Shown piece by piece: positions 1 to 7,912 of a stretch of DNA of 35,299 nucleotides. The notes below the pieces were generated by a model. That model made no database searches, had not been told where the DNA came from, and saw nothing but the letters and a program-made list of their open reading frames with translations. The first letter of the stretch is position 1, and the number at the start of each line of letters is the position of its first letter. The position numbers were made by a program, and so were the translations under genes. The stretch covers positions 1-35,299 of IMG/VR virus record IMGVR_UViG_3300028585_000051; one strand, 5' to 3'. The stretch comes from a virus. Its lineage: Duplodnaviria > Caudoviricetes.

Positions 1-188
1 CGCGAGCCCATATTCAGCATCACCTGGTCGTAGTTTTGCGCGTTGATCTGGCTTGCTTTGCAGGTCTCAGCAGAAAGTTCGGCAGCGCTCATGGCCTTCA
101 TTTTTGGCTCGTCGAGTGAAACACATGGGCCAGCGTAGACGGACAGTGACACAGTACAGAGGGCAATAGCAGTAAGGATCTTATTCAT
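1..188 (-). CDS. Host-side small secreted protein (partial; runs off the left window edge)
   Basis: Manual translation from ATG at 188: MNKILTAIALCTVSLSVYAGPCVSLDEPKMKAMSAAELSAETCKASQINAQNYDQVMLNMGS..., open to the edge. Sec-type signal peptide ending VYA. Confidence 0.6.
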   Translation of the reverse strand, partial: MNKILTAIALCTVSLSVYAGPCVSLDEPKMKAMSAAELSAETCKASQINAQNYDQVMLNMGS

Positions 189-339
189 GGCTACTTGGTT
201 GACCGGCATCTGCGCGTGCCGTTTCGCTCATGTAAGTATAGCTACGTATTTCCACTTGGAATCTAACCAATACTCACGCCGTCGCCGACCGTGTTGCGTG
301 CTTGGCATTCCTGGCTGCTAGCTCTTTGAGGCGGCGAGA

Positions 340-609
340 GTGCGCCATGCCGGACGTGAATGTCGTGGTGCAGCCGATGGGACAACTATTCGGGCGGCAC
401 GCCGCTTATCCCGCCGTTACGAGACGTACCTCATCACTATGCATGGAAACAACATGCTACGCGTAGGCACCGAGTGCGACGAACAGGGCATCGGCTTCGA
501 GCAGGAATGGGCGGTGCGGGGGCCGGCGCCAAGTCCACGTAAATGGCACGCGGTTGTGCGGAACCACTCGGTTCTTGCGGAACTACCGCGAAAGGTAGCA
601 ACTAGCTGA
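340..609 (+). pseudogene. Possible frameshifted remnant of a small hypothetical gene just outside the left att
   Basis: Protein-like segments are split across two overlapping frames: ...GGTPLIPPLRD (360..542 frame) and YLITMHGNNMLRVGTECDEQGIGFEQEWAV (340..609 frame). No convincing RBS or start. Confidence 0.25.
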
Positions 610-623
610 GAGCCGCATAAACA

Positions 624-642
624 GTGGTGCCCGGAGCCGGAA
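624..642. repeat. att core (left prophage junction; displaced 3' end of tRNA-Leu)
   Basis: GTGGTGCCCGGAGCCGGAA is identical to 35173..35191. Confidence 0.93.
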
Positions 643-713
643 ACCAACTGCCCGTAGATTCGGGTGCTATGGAGCTCGTGCGTAAAAAATGGGGATTACG
701 GTTGAGTTGTTCG

Positions 714-734
714 AAAAGCGCCCCGGAGGGCGCT
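714..734 (-). terminator. Rho-independent terminator facing the left att
   Basis: Minus strand AGCGCCC-TCCG-GGGCGCT followed by TTT. Confidence 0.6.
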
Positions 735-923
735 GGTGATTCAGGCGGCGGGAATCAAACCCGCAGCGCGCCCAGCATTCACGCGGGTCTTACGGTCGAT
801 GCTCTCAAAATCCTGTCATTTCCCAGCGCTATCATGATGAACTTGCCCCTTGTAGGTTGCGTGTAACCTCTCTGCATAAGATCCTCTATTGTGACAAAGA
901 GTGATGATTTGATGAATTGCAGA

Positions 924-956
924 TGGTAGTCTGCTTGCTCTGCCAACACATAAGGA
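924..956 (+). promoter_or_regulatory. Putative extended -10 promoter and RBS of the lectin moron
   Basis: TG-g-TAGTCT at 924..932 and TAAGGA at 951..956, 7 nt before ATG 964, in an AT-rich region. Confidence 0.4.
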
Positions 957-963
957 ATCTCAA

Positions 964-1560
964 ATGCGTCAATTTTCGAAACTGTTGCTAGTGGCCTTCG
1001 CGCTCTGTACTGGATTGCTCTCGTTGAGCGCTCAGGCACAATCAAGAGTGGTTGCACGCGTTGGCGAATTTCTCACGGTCAATCAGCCTTACGTGAGTGG
1101 CCTTTACACATTAATTTTCCAGTCGGATGGGAATTTGGTGGTCTACCGTGGGACGAACTACATTTCGCAGAATCAAGTGTGGTCGACGAAGACGAACGGC
1201 AAGGGGGCGCAATATGCCGTTTTGCAAAACGATGGCAACTTCGTAATTTACAAGAATTTGGGAGATCCTAATAGCGCGTTGTGGACCAGCAATACGGCTG
1301 GCACGCCTCGTCCAGGCTATACGCCCACGGCTGCAATTATGAGCGACGGGCGATTTACAGTTAACGGATATGGCGGTGTTTTCCTGAGCCCCCTGGATCC
1401 GAGGGCGCCACCTGCCCCATGCACCGTGGCGACGGCGTACCCTGTTTGTATCTTTGCCGGCACTACAACCCAGTGGACGAGTACTGTGCTTGCATGTAGC
1501 CCTGCTGAAGCGATGAGTATCGCTAGTCAAATGGGTGCTACATTTGGTGCGTGCCGCTGA
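964..1560 (+). CDS. Secreted bulb-type (GNA/monocot mannose-binding) lectin-domain protein, Llp-like; prophage moron
   Basis: Signal peptide (MRQFSKLLLVAFALCTGLLSLSAQA). QxDxNxVxY motifs QSDGNLVVY and QNDGNFVIY plus a degenerate third, MSDGRFTVN, with the typical VWST / LWTSNT segments. Pro-rich linker and 4-Cys C-terminal tail. Lower GC and opposite strand to the late operon. Confidence 0.85.
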   Translation: MRQFSKLLLVAFALCTGLLSLSAQAQSRVVARVGEFLTVNQPYVSGLYTLIFQSDGNLVVYRGTNYISQNQVWSTKTNGKGAQYAVLQNDGNFVIYKNLGDPNSALWTSNTAGTPRPGYTPTAAIMSDGRFTVNGYGGVFLSPLDPRAPPAPCTVATAYPVCIFAGTTTQWTSTVLACSPAEAMSIASQMGATFGACR

Positions 1561-1599
1561 GCAGTAAGCTATTTGGGATAATACGGATCCTCACTGGCC

Positions 1600-1632
1600 A
1601 AAAAAGGGAGCACTTCTGCTCTCTTTTGTTTT
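1600..1632. terminator. Bidirectional intrinsic terminator between the moron and the end of the late operon
   Basis: AAAAAAGGGAGCA-CTTC-TGCTCTCTTTTGTTTT: hairpin flanked by A and T runs between convergent genes. Confidence 0.75.
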
Positions 1633-1834
1633 ACTCGAGTTCGGCTGCTGGCGAGCGCTGATTCAGTTCCAGCGGCTCGCCCAGCAGCCGCTCCATCATC
1701 GCCTCGGCACGCTCACATAGGGCCGACGCGCCCGCAATGACCACCAGTCGCGGCCCGACATCCTTGCCGGTCTGGTGAACGGTCAGGACATGGCCGCCGC
1801 CGCCCGGGGTGAGGGCGTAGATGTCGAAGTCCAT
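1631..1834 (-). CDS. Hypothetical protein (67 aa), last gene of the late operon
   Basis: MDFDIYALTPGGGGHVLTV...; its ATG overlaps the DUF1353 stop (TGATG) and it ends at the terminator. Confidence 0.5.
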   Translation of the reverse strand: MDFDIYALTPGGGGHVLTVHQTGKDVGPRLVVIAGASALCERAEAMMERLLGEPLELNQRSPAAELE

Positions 1835-2232
1835 CACGCCCCCTGCGGAGCGTTCCCGGCATAGCGGGAACCGCCGAACACGCGCACCGCGGCCCACATC
1901 GCGCGGCGGCGCCAGGCCGGCACGCCACAGGCTTCCAGCGCTTCGAGGTAAAGGTCGTCGGCCACGTCGCGCGGTACGATGCCTTTCTCGTATGCGAAGT
2001 CGTGCACGACAGCCGCCTCGTCGCCCACGCCACCGAACAGCCAGTAGGTGAGCGGCGCGCGCGGCACGCTGGCGAAGTCGGTCACGAAGCCGGTCGGCAC
2101 GTGGACCTGGAGGCCGAGCAGCACCGATTCGAACACCAGCGGCGACAGCAGGATGCGATCGGCGCTGGCCAGGCCCACGCGGTCCGTGCGCAGGGTCGAC
2201 AGGAACCGCGGCTTACTTGCCGGCGACGACAT
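1834..2232 (-). CDS. DUF1353 family protein
   Basis: Characteristic VPTGFVTDFASVPR...AAVVHDFAY...ADDLYLEAL...MWAAVRVFG motifs. Confidence 0.85.
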   Translation of the reverse strand: MSSPASKPRFLSTLRTDRVGLASADRILLSPLVFESVLLGLQVHVPTGFVTDFASVPRAPLTYWLFGGVGDEAAVVHDFAYEKGIVPRDVADDLYLEALEACGVPAWRRRAMWAAVRVFGGSRYAGNAPQGA

Positions 2233-2332
2233 TGCGCACCTCGTCGCCGGTGTAGGTGCCGCTGCACTGCAGGGCGAGGTTCGAGCAGCCGGCCAGGACG
2301 AGCAGGGCGGCGATCAGCAGGATGCGTTTCAT
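2213..2332 (-). CDS. Small lipoprotein (39 aa) in the lysis cassette; o-spanin/Rz1-like candidate
   Basis: MKRILLIAALLVLAG-CSNLALQCSGTYTGDEVRNVVAGK, lipobox LAGC; ATGA overlap with the endolysin stop. Confidence 0.7.
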   Translation of the reverse strand: MKRILLIAALLVLAGCSNLALQCSGTYTGDEVRNVVAGK

Positions 2333-2790
2333 GGAGTGCCTTTCAGGTTGTCGTACTGGGACATGTTCCGGCCGCGCATGATCGAGATCAGCAGGTCGGC
2401 GTACTTGGGATCGGTGGCGTAACCGGCTTTGGCCGCGGCCCGGGCCCAGCCTTCGCCGGTCTTCTCCTTGAAGCAGGCGGCGTAGCGCGGGTTCACCTTG
2501 AAGAAGTTGGCGTGGTCGGCCATGCACTCGGTCCAGTCGACGTAGGCGCGGAACTTGTCCTGCACCAAGGTGCGCACGCCCTTGATGAACTCATGGGTCT
2601 GGATGACCGTTACCGGGCCTTTCCACTTCGGGCCCGGCTTGATGCCGAACAGATTGCAGCCAGGCGCGCGGGCGCCCCAGCCAGACTCGAGCGCGGCCTG
2701 GGCCAGGATGAAGCTGGCCGGGATGCCGGTGGCGCGGTGCGTGGCTTGCGCGGCCGGCAGCAGCAGATTGATGAATGCGGTAGGGGGCAT
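2329..2790 (-). CDS. Endolysin, GH73/FlgJ-like glucosaminidase
   Basis: From MPPTAFINLL: ILAQAALESGWG, NLFGIK, FRAY and GYATDPKYA motifs; directly after the holin. Confidence 0.92.
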   Translation of the reverse strand: MPPTAFINLLLPAAQATHRATGIPASFILAQAALESGWGARAPGCNLFGIKPGPKWKGPVTVIQTHEFIKGVRTLVQDKFRAYVDWTECMADHANFFKVNPRYAACFKEKTGEGWARAAAKAGYATDPKYADLLISIMRGRNMSQYDNLKGTP

Positions 2791-2792
2791 GG

Positions 2793-3140
2793 TCACTCGT
2801 CCTTCTTCGCGGTGTCGGCCGGCAGGTTCAGCCGGGCATTCAGGACAGATTCGAACTTGAACAGGGCGCGGGACCCCATGTGGGCCGCAATGCCCACCAG
2901 GGCGTACTTGAGCGGGTTTGGCGCGCCGGCGGCGTCGCACAGGTGCGCGGTGACGATCCCGGTGAAGCCGGACACGACCAGTTCGCCCACCAGCTCGGTG
3001 ACGTTCCAGACGCGCGCGTGGCCGTCTTTCATCTTGCGTACGAACGAAGCCCAGCCGCCCCATAGGGAAATGCCGATCAGCAGTGCCCAACTGAGCAAAG
3101 TGTCGTAGTCGAAGCCGCCAGGCGGCGGGGAATGGTTCAT
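2793..3140 (-). CDS. Holin (LydA-like)
   Basis: 115 aa with about three hydrophobic segments, WGGWASF...GELVVSGFTG...GIAAHMGSRAL pattern and a charged C-terminus; precedes the endolysin. Confidence 0.85.
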   Translation of the reverse strand: MNHSPPPGGFDYDTLLSWALLIGISLWGGWASFVRKMKDGHARVWNVTELVGELVVSGFTGIVTAHLCDAAGAPNPLKYALVGIAAHMGSRALFKFESVLNARLNLPADTAKKDE

Positions 3141-3157
3141 GGTCTTCTTTCAGGAAT

Positions 3158-3185
3158 AAAAAAAGGCCACCTCGAAGGGCGGCCG
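3158..3185 (-). terminator. Intrinsic terminator upstream of the lysis cassette
   Basis: Minus strand GGCCGCC-CTTCGA-GGTGGCC followed by T7. Confidence 0.75.
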
Positions 3186-3216
3186 TATAATTGTTGAAAT
3201 AACAAACGGGTGAGAC

Positions 3217-3417
3217 ATGGACGACAACATGCTGCGCGCTGCCGCCTCTGCTGCTGGCGTGACCTTTTATTCCCTCCTATTCGCGTACTTGAAGACCAAG
3301 CTGCGCCGCTCCAGGGATGAGCATGGGTGCGGTCTTCCGGAGCGCATTGGCCGCGCCCTGGGCCGACTGTGGGCGCGAGGCCGCCATGGTTACAAGCAGG
3401 CGCTGAGCCGGCGATAG
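3217..3417 (+). CDS. Small putative membrane protein, antisense to the last ejection gene (superinfection-exclusion candidate)
   Basis: TATAAT at 3186..3191, GGGTGAG RBS-like site, N-terminal hydrophobic helix (AAASAAGVTFYSLLFAYL) and basic tail; 141-nt convergent overlap. Confidence 0.45.
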   Translation: MDDNMLRAAASAAGVTFYSLLFAYLKTKLRRSRDEHGCGLPERIGRALGRLWARGRHGYKQALSRR

Positions 3418-4953
3418 GTAGGCTGCGCCGCCGGCCAGCAGGCTGGCTGGTATCGCGGGGTTGACGAAGCCGGTACCAAGTGCCCCGGCGCCAGCCCAGA
3501 GGCGATCTGCCGTGCCGCTATTCGGCACCTTGCCGGTCAGGACCGTCCGCCCAGCGTCGCCTAGATCCTGGCCCAGCGCTGAACCACGCGCGAACGCCCC
3601 CTTGTCCTTCGACTTATCCAGCGCGCGCACTGCGTTCTGGAACTGCGCCGGCGTGAAGTCGCCATCTTCGGCACCGAGCTTCGCCGCGGCGTTCTGCACC
3701 CGCTTGAAGTTCGCCCAACCGGTATTGACCGCCTTGAGCTCGTCGGCCATGCCGCCGGCCTGACGTTGCAGCAGCCCGCGCAGTTCGTCCCGCAACTGGC
3801 GCACGGCCGGCGCGATCCGACCCTCGTAGATGTTCTGCGAGCCGCCCAGCTTGCGTGCGTCGGCGCCGAGCTGGCTTTCCACCCGCTTGAAGCCCTCGGA
3901 CGTCAGGATGCCATTGTCGAAGGCTGATTCGACATCGTTCAGCACCATCTGGAACGCGCGCTTTGCGTCCTTCGACAGCACATCCTTGTTCACCAGGTCG
4001 CGCAGGCCGGCCACCTTCGTGGCGAACTGCTGGTCGCGCGGGATGGCGCCGATGCGAGACAGCACATCGTCGTAGCGCTCGCGCAGGGCGTTCTCGGTGT
4101 ACACGATGGCGTCGCGCCCGGACTGGCCAGCCGGCAGCTTCTCACCGATCGGCTTGAGTGCCCGGTTGATGGCGGCCGCCTGGAACTGGTCGTTTGCGCC
4201 GCGCCGCGCCGAGCTGATCGCATCACCAACGATGGGTAGGCTCTGCACCTTTTCCTCGAGCGCGCCGAGCCGGCCACCCAGCGCCTGGCCGATGGTCGGG
4301 TTCACGCCTTCTGCGCGCAGCAGCGCCAGGTTCGTGTTGCGCGAGGCATTCGGGCTGACCACGCGCGCGAGGCCGGAGCCGACAACTGGCAGCGTGCCGC
4401 CCAGCGCGGCGCCGGTAGCGGCCTGCTGCCGCTTCTCGCTCCAGAAGTCACCTTCGGCAACCGGCGCCAGGCCGGCCGACGTTGCCCCGCCAGCCGCACC
4501 GATGCCGACCCGCCCCAGCAACGAGGCTGCGGCTGGCGCGCGCATGGCGATCGCGGCATTCGCTGGCGAGACCACGTTGCCCAGCAGGCGGTAGCCGTCG
4601 ATACCTTCCTGGCCAGCCGCTTTGCGCCGCGCCTCGTAATCCACATTCGACTCGCGCACTTGCTGGTCAACCCCACCTTCGGGCAGCCGAGCCACCAGCC
4701 CGGTCTTTTCGGCGAGCCAGTTGTTCGCCTGGTTGACGCCCTGCACGAGACCCTGCGGCAGTAGGTTGGTCAGCAGCTGGGCGCCGCCGTCGATCGGGTC
4801 GCGCACACCGCGCACAAACCGCTCAGTGCGGCTCGGGCCGCCGGCCGTGCGCACCGGCGCTGCTTCGAACAGGTCGGCCGACAAGTCGCGCCCGCCAGCA
4901 GCAGGCGCTGGCGCATCGCCGAACAGTTCAGCGGAAAGATCACGTCCTGCCAT
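3277..4953 (-). CDS. Putative DNA ejection/internal virion protein (large)
   Basis: 558 aa, Ala/Gly-rich with hydrophobic GxxxG segments; third of three ejection-type genes after the tail genes. Confidence 0.7.
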   Translation of the reverse strand: MAGRDLSAELFGDAPAPAAGGRDLSADLFEAAPVRTAGGPSRTERFVRGVRDPIDGGAQLLTNLLPQGLVQGVNQANNWLAEKTGLVARLPEGGVDQQVRESNVDYEARRKAAGQEGIDGYRLLGNVVSPANAAIAMRAPAAASLLGRVGIGAAGGATSAGLAPVAEGDFWSEKRQQAATGAALGGTLPVVGSGLARVVSPNASRNTNLALLRAEGVNPTIGQALGGRLGALEEKVQSLPIVGDAISSARRGANDQFQAAAINRALKPIGEKLPAGQSGRDAIVYTENALRERYDDVLSRIGAIPRDQQFATKVAGLRDLVNKDVLSKDAKRAFQMVLNDVESAFDNGILTSEGFKRVESQLGADARKLGGSQNIYEGRIAPAVRQLRDELRGLLQRQAGGMADELKAVNTGWANFKRVQNAAAKLGAEDGDFTPAQFQNAVRALDKSKDKGAFARGSALGQDLGDAGRTVLTGKVPNSGTADRLWAGAGALGTGFVNPAIPASLLAGGAAYLSPAQRLLVTMAASRPQSAQGAANALRKTAPMLIPGAAQLGLQVRE

Positions 4954-6620
4954 TATCGGCCTCCAATCGTGTAGCCCTTGGCCTTCAGGGCGGCGGTTAC
5001 TTCTGCGGTGCTGCGCCCGCTCTTGCGCGCGGTTTCGGCGATGTCAGCCAGGGTGACCGACCGGCTGCCGGCCGCGGGCTGCGCCTGGGCCGGCCGCTGC
5101 TCCGGCGCTGCGCCAGGCTGTTCATATCGCGAAGTGTCGAGCGGCTCGTGTCCATAGTTGGCCCGGATGCCGTCGACGTTCAGCTTGCGGAGCTGCGCCG
5201 CGCGCGTGTTGATGCCGCGGATCTCGCCAAGGCGCTGCTTGACCAGCTCAGTGTCGTTCAGGTTGGTGAACAGTTCATTCCACGCGCGCTGTGCATCGCC
5301 ATCGGTCTGCACGCCGGAGTTCAGGCGCAGCGAGTCGTTGCGCAGCTTTTCCAGCGTCGACCGGAAGCTGGCCTGATTGCGGCTTGCCTCATTCGACATG
5401 CCGCTGGCGTTGCGAGCTTGGCTGACCAGGTTCGACACCGGCCCGAATGAAAGCGTGCCGCCCTCAAGCTGGCCCTGGATGCGGGCGAGCTGGCCATCGA
5501 TGCCGCTGGCGGTGGACAACGCGTCCAGCTCGCTCTGCTGCATCTTCAGAGCGGCGGCCGGCAGCGGCTTGTTGCCTGGGTTTGATGCGACGGCGCGCGC
5601 GTCGACCATGTTCTGGCCACGCATGGTGATGTCCTGGCCGCGCCGCTGCATGGCAGCCGACAGCAGGGCATCGGGCGACGCCGTGTTCGCAATCGAGCGC
5701 ACGGAAGCGCCAGTGCTTGGGTTGATCAGTTCGGTCGTGCCGCCGGCATTCACGCGCTCCAGGTTCTGCGCTACCTCCAACGGAACAGGCTGACCGCTGC
5801 TGCCGTCTTCGAAGTAGGGCGCATACAGGGTTTGTTCGCCGACATTGACCTTCTGCCACTCCTTGACCTTCGGTTGCAACTTGAGCGCCTGGTCCTCGGC
5901 GGCATTGGCCTCAGCCGCATAGCCGTTATCGCGCAGGTACTGGGCATACTCCAGTCGCTGCTGGACTAGCGCGCCGCGGCCAGTGCTTGCGCCGCTGGCG
6001 GGAGTGGCACCAGGGCTTCCACGCTTGCCGCTAAGCGCTTGCGCTGCATCTGCCGGCGATTCGCCAAATCGATTGACGCGGTCGATCAACTGGTTGGAGG
6101 TTTCAATGCTGCCAGGGTTTGGCAAGCCGGCCTGCGCCGCCGCGTCGTAATAGGCTTGTGCGCCATGCTTCCCTGCAGGTGGCGCGCTGTCACCCAGCGC
6201 ATCCATGTGCTGCATGAAGGGCGAACGAGGAAGCTGACCAGACGCTCCACCCATCAGGCCCTGGAACATTGCTGCAGCAGACCGGTCGACCGGCGCTGCC
6301 GGTGCCTGCTGCTGACCGCCACGCTGCTTGCCATACGCCGCCGTCAGCGACAGGAGGTTCTGCGCACGCTGCCTCTGCGCGTCTTGCGCCGCCACGTCGG
6401 ATTCGGCGTTCTTGATCTGCAGCGCGCGCATCTGCTCGAGCTGGGCCGCCTGCCGCCCCTGTTGTGTGGCCTGCTGCCCTGCCTGCAAGCCGCTACCCAG
6501 GATCTGGCCGAAGCTGGTCGGCGTGCGCGATGGCCCCGAGGCCTGGAGAATCTGTGCTGCTGCGGCGAGCAGCCCTTGCGACTGCGGGTCGCCGCCGAAG
6601 ATGTCGAGTAGTCCTGCCAT
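4953..6620 (-). CDS. Putative DNA ejection/internal virion protein
   Basis: 555 aa, starts MAGLLD, Q/A-rich coiled segments, RRGQDITMRGQNM motif seen in podovirus ejection proteins; TAATG coupling to the next gene. Confidence 0.7.
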   Translation of the reverse strand: MAGLLDIFGGDPQSQGLLAAAAQILQASGPSRTPTSFGQILGSGLQAGQQATQQGRQAAQLEQMRALQIKNAESDVAAQDAQRQRAQNLLSLTAAYGKQRGGQQQAPAAPVDRSAAAMFQGLMGGASGQLPRSPFMQHMDALGDSAPPAGKHGAQAYYDAAAQAGLPNPGSIETSNQLIDRVNRFGESPADAAQALSGKRGSPGATPASGASTGRGALVQQRLEYAQYLRDNGYAAEANAAEDQALKLQPKVKEWQKVNVGEQTLYAPYFEDGSSGQPVPLEVAQNLERVNAGGTTELINPSTGASVRSIANTASPDALLSAAMQRRGQDITMRGQNMVDARAVASNPGNKPLPAAALKMQQSELDALSTASGIDGQLARIQGQLEGGTLSFGPVSNLVSQARNASGMSNEASRNQASFRSTLEKLRNDSLRLNSGVQTDGDAQRAWNELFTNLNDTELVKQRLGEIRGINTRAAQLRKLNVDGIRANYGHEPLDTSRYEQPGAAPEQRPAQAQPAAGSRSVTLADIAETARKSGRSTAEVTAALKAKGYTIGGR

Positions 6621-6629
6621 GATTTTTCC

Positions 6630-7910
6630 TTACCAGCCAGGGCCGAAAGATTGCACCGGCAGTTGTGTCGGCGCGTAGTGATAGTTACCAGCTGAACCCT
6701 GACTCTGCAGCGAATTCGATGCTGGGCCGCCGAAGCCGAAGAAGCTACTCAGATTGCTGCCCATATTGGTTCCATTGCGGATCGAGTTGTAGTCGGTAGA
6801 TCCGTTGCCGCCGAACATGCCGCCGATCTGGGCACCGGCTAGGCCGCCGCCGAGTGCCGCGCCGGCGTTACTCCCGTACAGCGGCTGAGACACATTTCCG
6901 GTGGTTTTATTGGTGGTCGTCTGGTTGTTTGTCGAGGTGGCGCCTGCACCGAGGAATGGCGCCAAGATGCCACTCCCCATGCCCAGGCGGTTCAGGTCGG
7001 TATTGCTGTAATTCGCCGAGCTGCCCAGCAGGCCCTGTTGCAGGCCGATCCCGGTCGCCAGGTTCGAGCTGTTCTGGCCGCGCGTGGCCAGCAGCGCCTG
7101 CACGTTCGTGTTGTCGGCCGCTTGCCGCGCGGCTGCATCCTGGGATGCCACGCCATATTGCTGTCCCGACAGCCCCTGCGCCGCCGACAGCGCGCGGTTC
7201 TGGCCGTTCTCGTACGCGCCGGCCAGGGCCGACGAGTTTGCCGCCGTTGCGCCCAAGCCGAACTGCGTGTTCGAGTTATTCATCTGCTTGGTCAGGTCGC
7301 TGATGGCCAGCCCCTCGGCGATGCCCTGGCGCGAGCCGCCGTACTGGCCGGCTGCGATCGCGCCGCCGCGAATGCCTGGCAAGACGTTGCGCTGCAGGTT
7401 GTCGGTCAGGTTCTGCTGGTTCTGTTGGAACTGGGCGCCGGCGAGCGCATTCCCGGCCTGCAGCGATTTCATCAGCGCCGACGTGTCCCCGCCACCGAGC
7501 AGGCTCTGGAACGTGGGGGACAGGTTGATGTTGTTCTGACCCGGCGCGCTGACCTGCGCGCCCTGGATCGTTGGCGCGTTGAACTGGCCGCTCATGAGCA
7601 CGTCGGTCCCGGCCTTTCCGTTGTTGAGGATCTGGCCAGCGTTCGAATTGAGGAAGCTGTTGGCTTGCGGTGCCAGGCTGGATCCGCCATTGTTGAGCAG
7701 ACCGCCCAGGCCACCCAGGATGCCACCACCGTTCAGGCCCAGGAGCTGCGCGATACGCGGATCCAGCGTGTTAGTCGAAGTGCTGTTGGACGTGCCGTCC
7801 TGCGTTCCGCTCTGGTTCGATCCGGCCTCAGCCGCCTTCTGGTTGTTTTTGCTCGACATGTAACTGCCGACTGCGCCGATTGCGGCGCCGCCAATTGCTC
7901 CCCAGGACAT
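6630..7910 (-). CDS. Putative DNA transfer/ejection protein (Gly/Asn/Gln-rich)
   Basis: N-terminal GAIGGAAIGAVG, internal AIAAGQYGGSRQGIAEG motif, C-terminal GAALGGGLAGAQIGG. Alternative start at 7916. Confidence 0.7.
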   Translation of the reverse strand: MSWGAIGGAAIGAVGSYMSSKNNQKAAEAGSNQSGTQDGTSNSTSTNTLDPRIAQLLGLNGGGILGGLGGLLNNGGSSLAPQANSFLNSNAGQILNNGKAGTDVLMSGQFNAPTIQGAQVSAPGQNNINLSPTFQSLLGGGDTSALMKSLQAGNALAGAQFQQNQQNLTDNLQRNVLPGIRGGAIAAGQYGGSRQGIAEGLAISDLTKQMNNSNTQFGLGATAANSSALAGAYENGQNRALSAAQGLSGQQYGVASQDAAARQAADNTNVQALLATRGQNSSNLATGIGLQQGLLGSSANYSNTDLNRLGMGSGILAPFLGAGATSTNNQTTTNKTTGNVSQPLYGSNAGAALGGGLAGAQIGGMFGGNGSTDYNSIRNGTNMGSNLSSFFGFGGPASNSLQSQGSAGNYHYAPTQLPVQSFGPGW

Positions 7911-7912
7911 GG

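Noticed and set aside
734-830. A complete phage-encoded tRNA near the left att
   Set aside because: Only a T-arm and ACCA-like end are present; I could not build an acceptor stem, D-arm or anticodon arm. Kept only as a relic finding.
624-1057. ORFs 624..866 (+) and 779..1057 (-)
   Set aside because: They span the att core, terminator and moron promoter/5' end; no RBS or recognisable motifs.
2329-3090. 253-aa ORF as an N-terminally extended endolysin (likewise extended starts given for scaffold, TerS, Bet, cupin and DUF1643)
   Set aside because: The extensions overlap upstream genes or terminators and have off-frame composition; downstream starts with RBS or stop-start coupling fit better.
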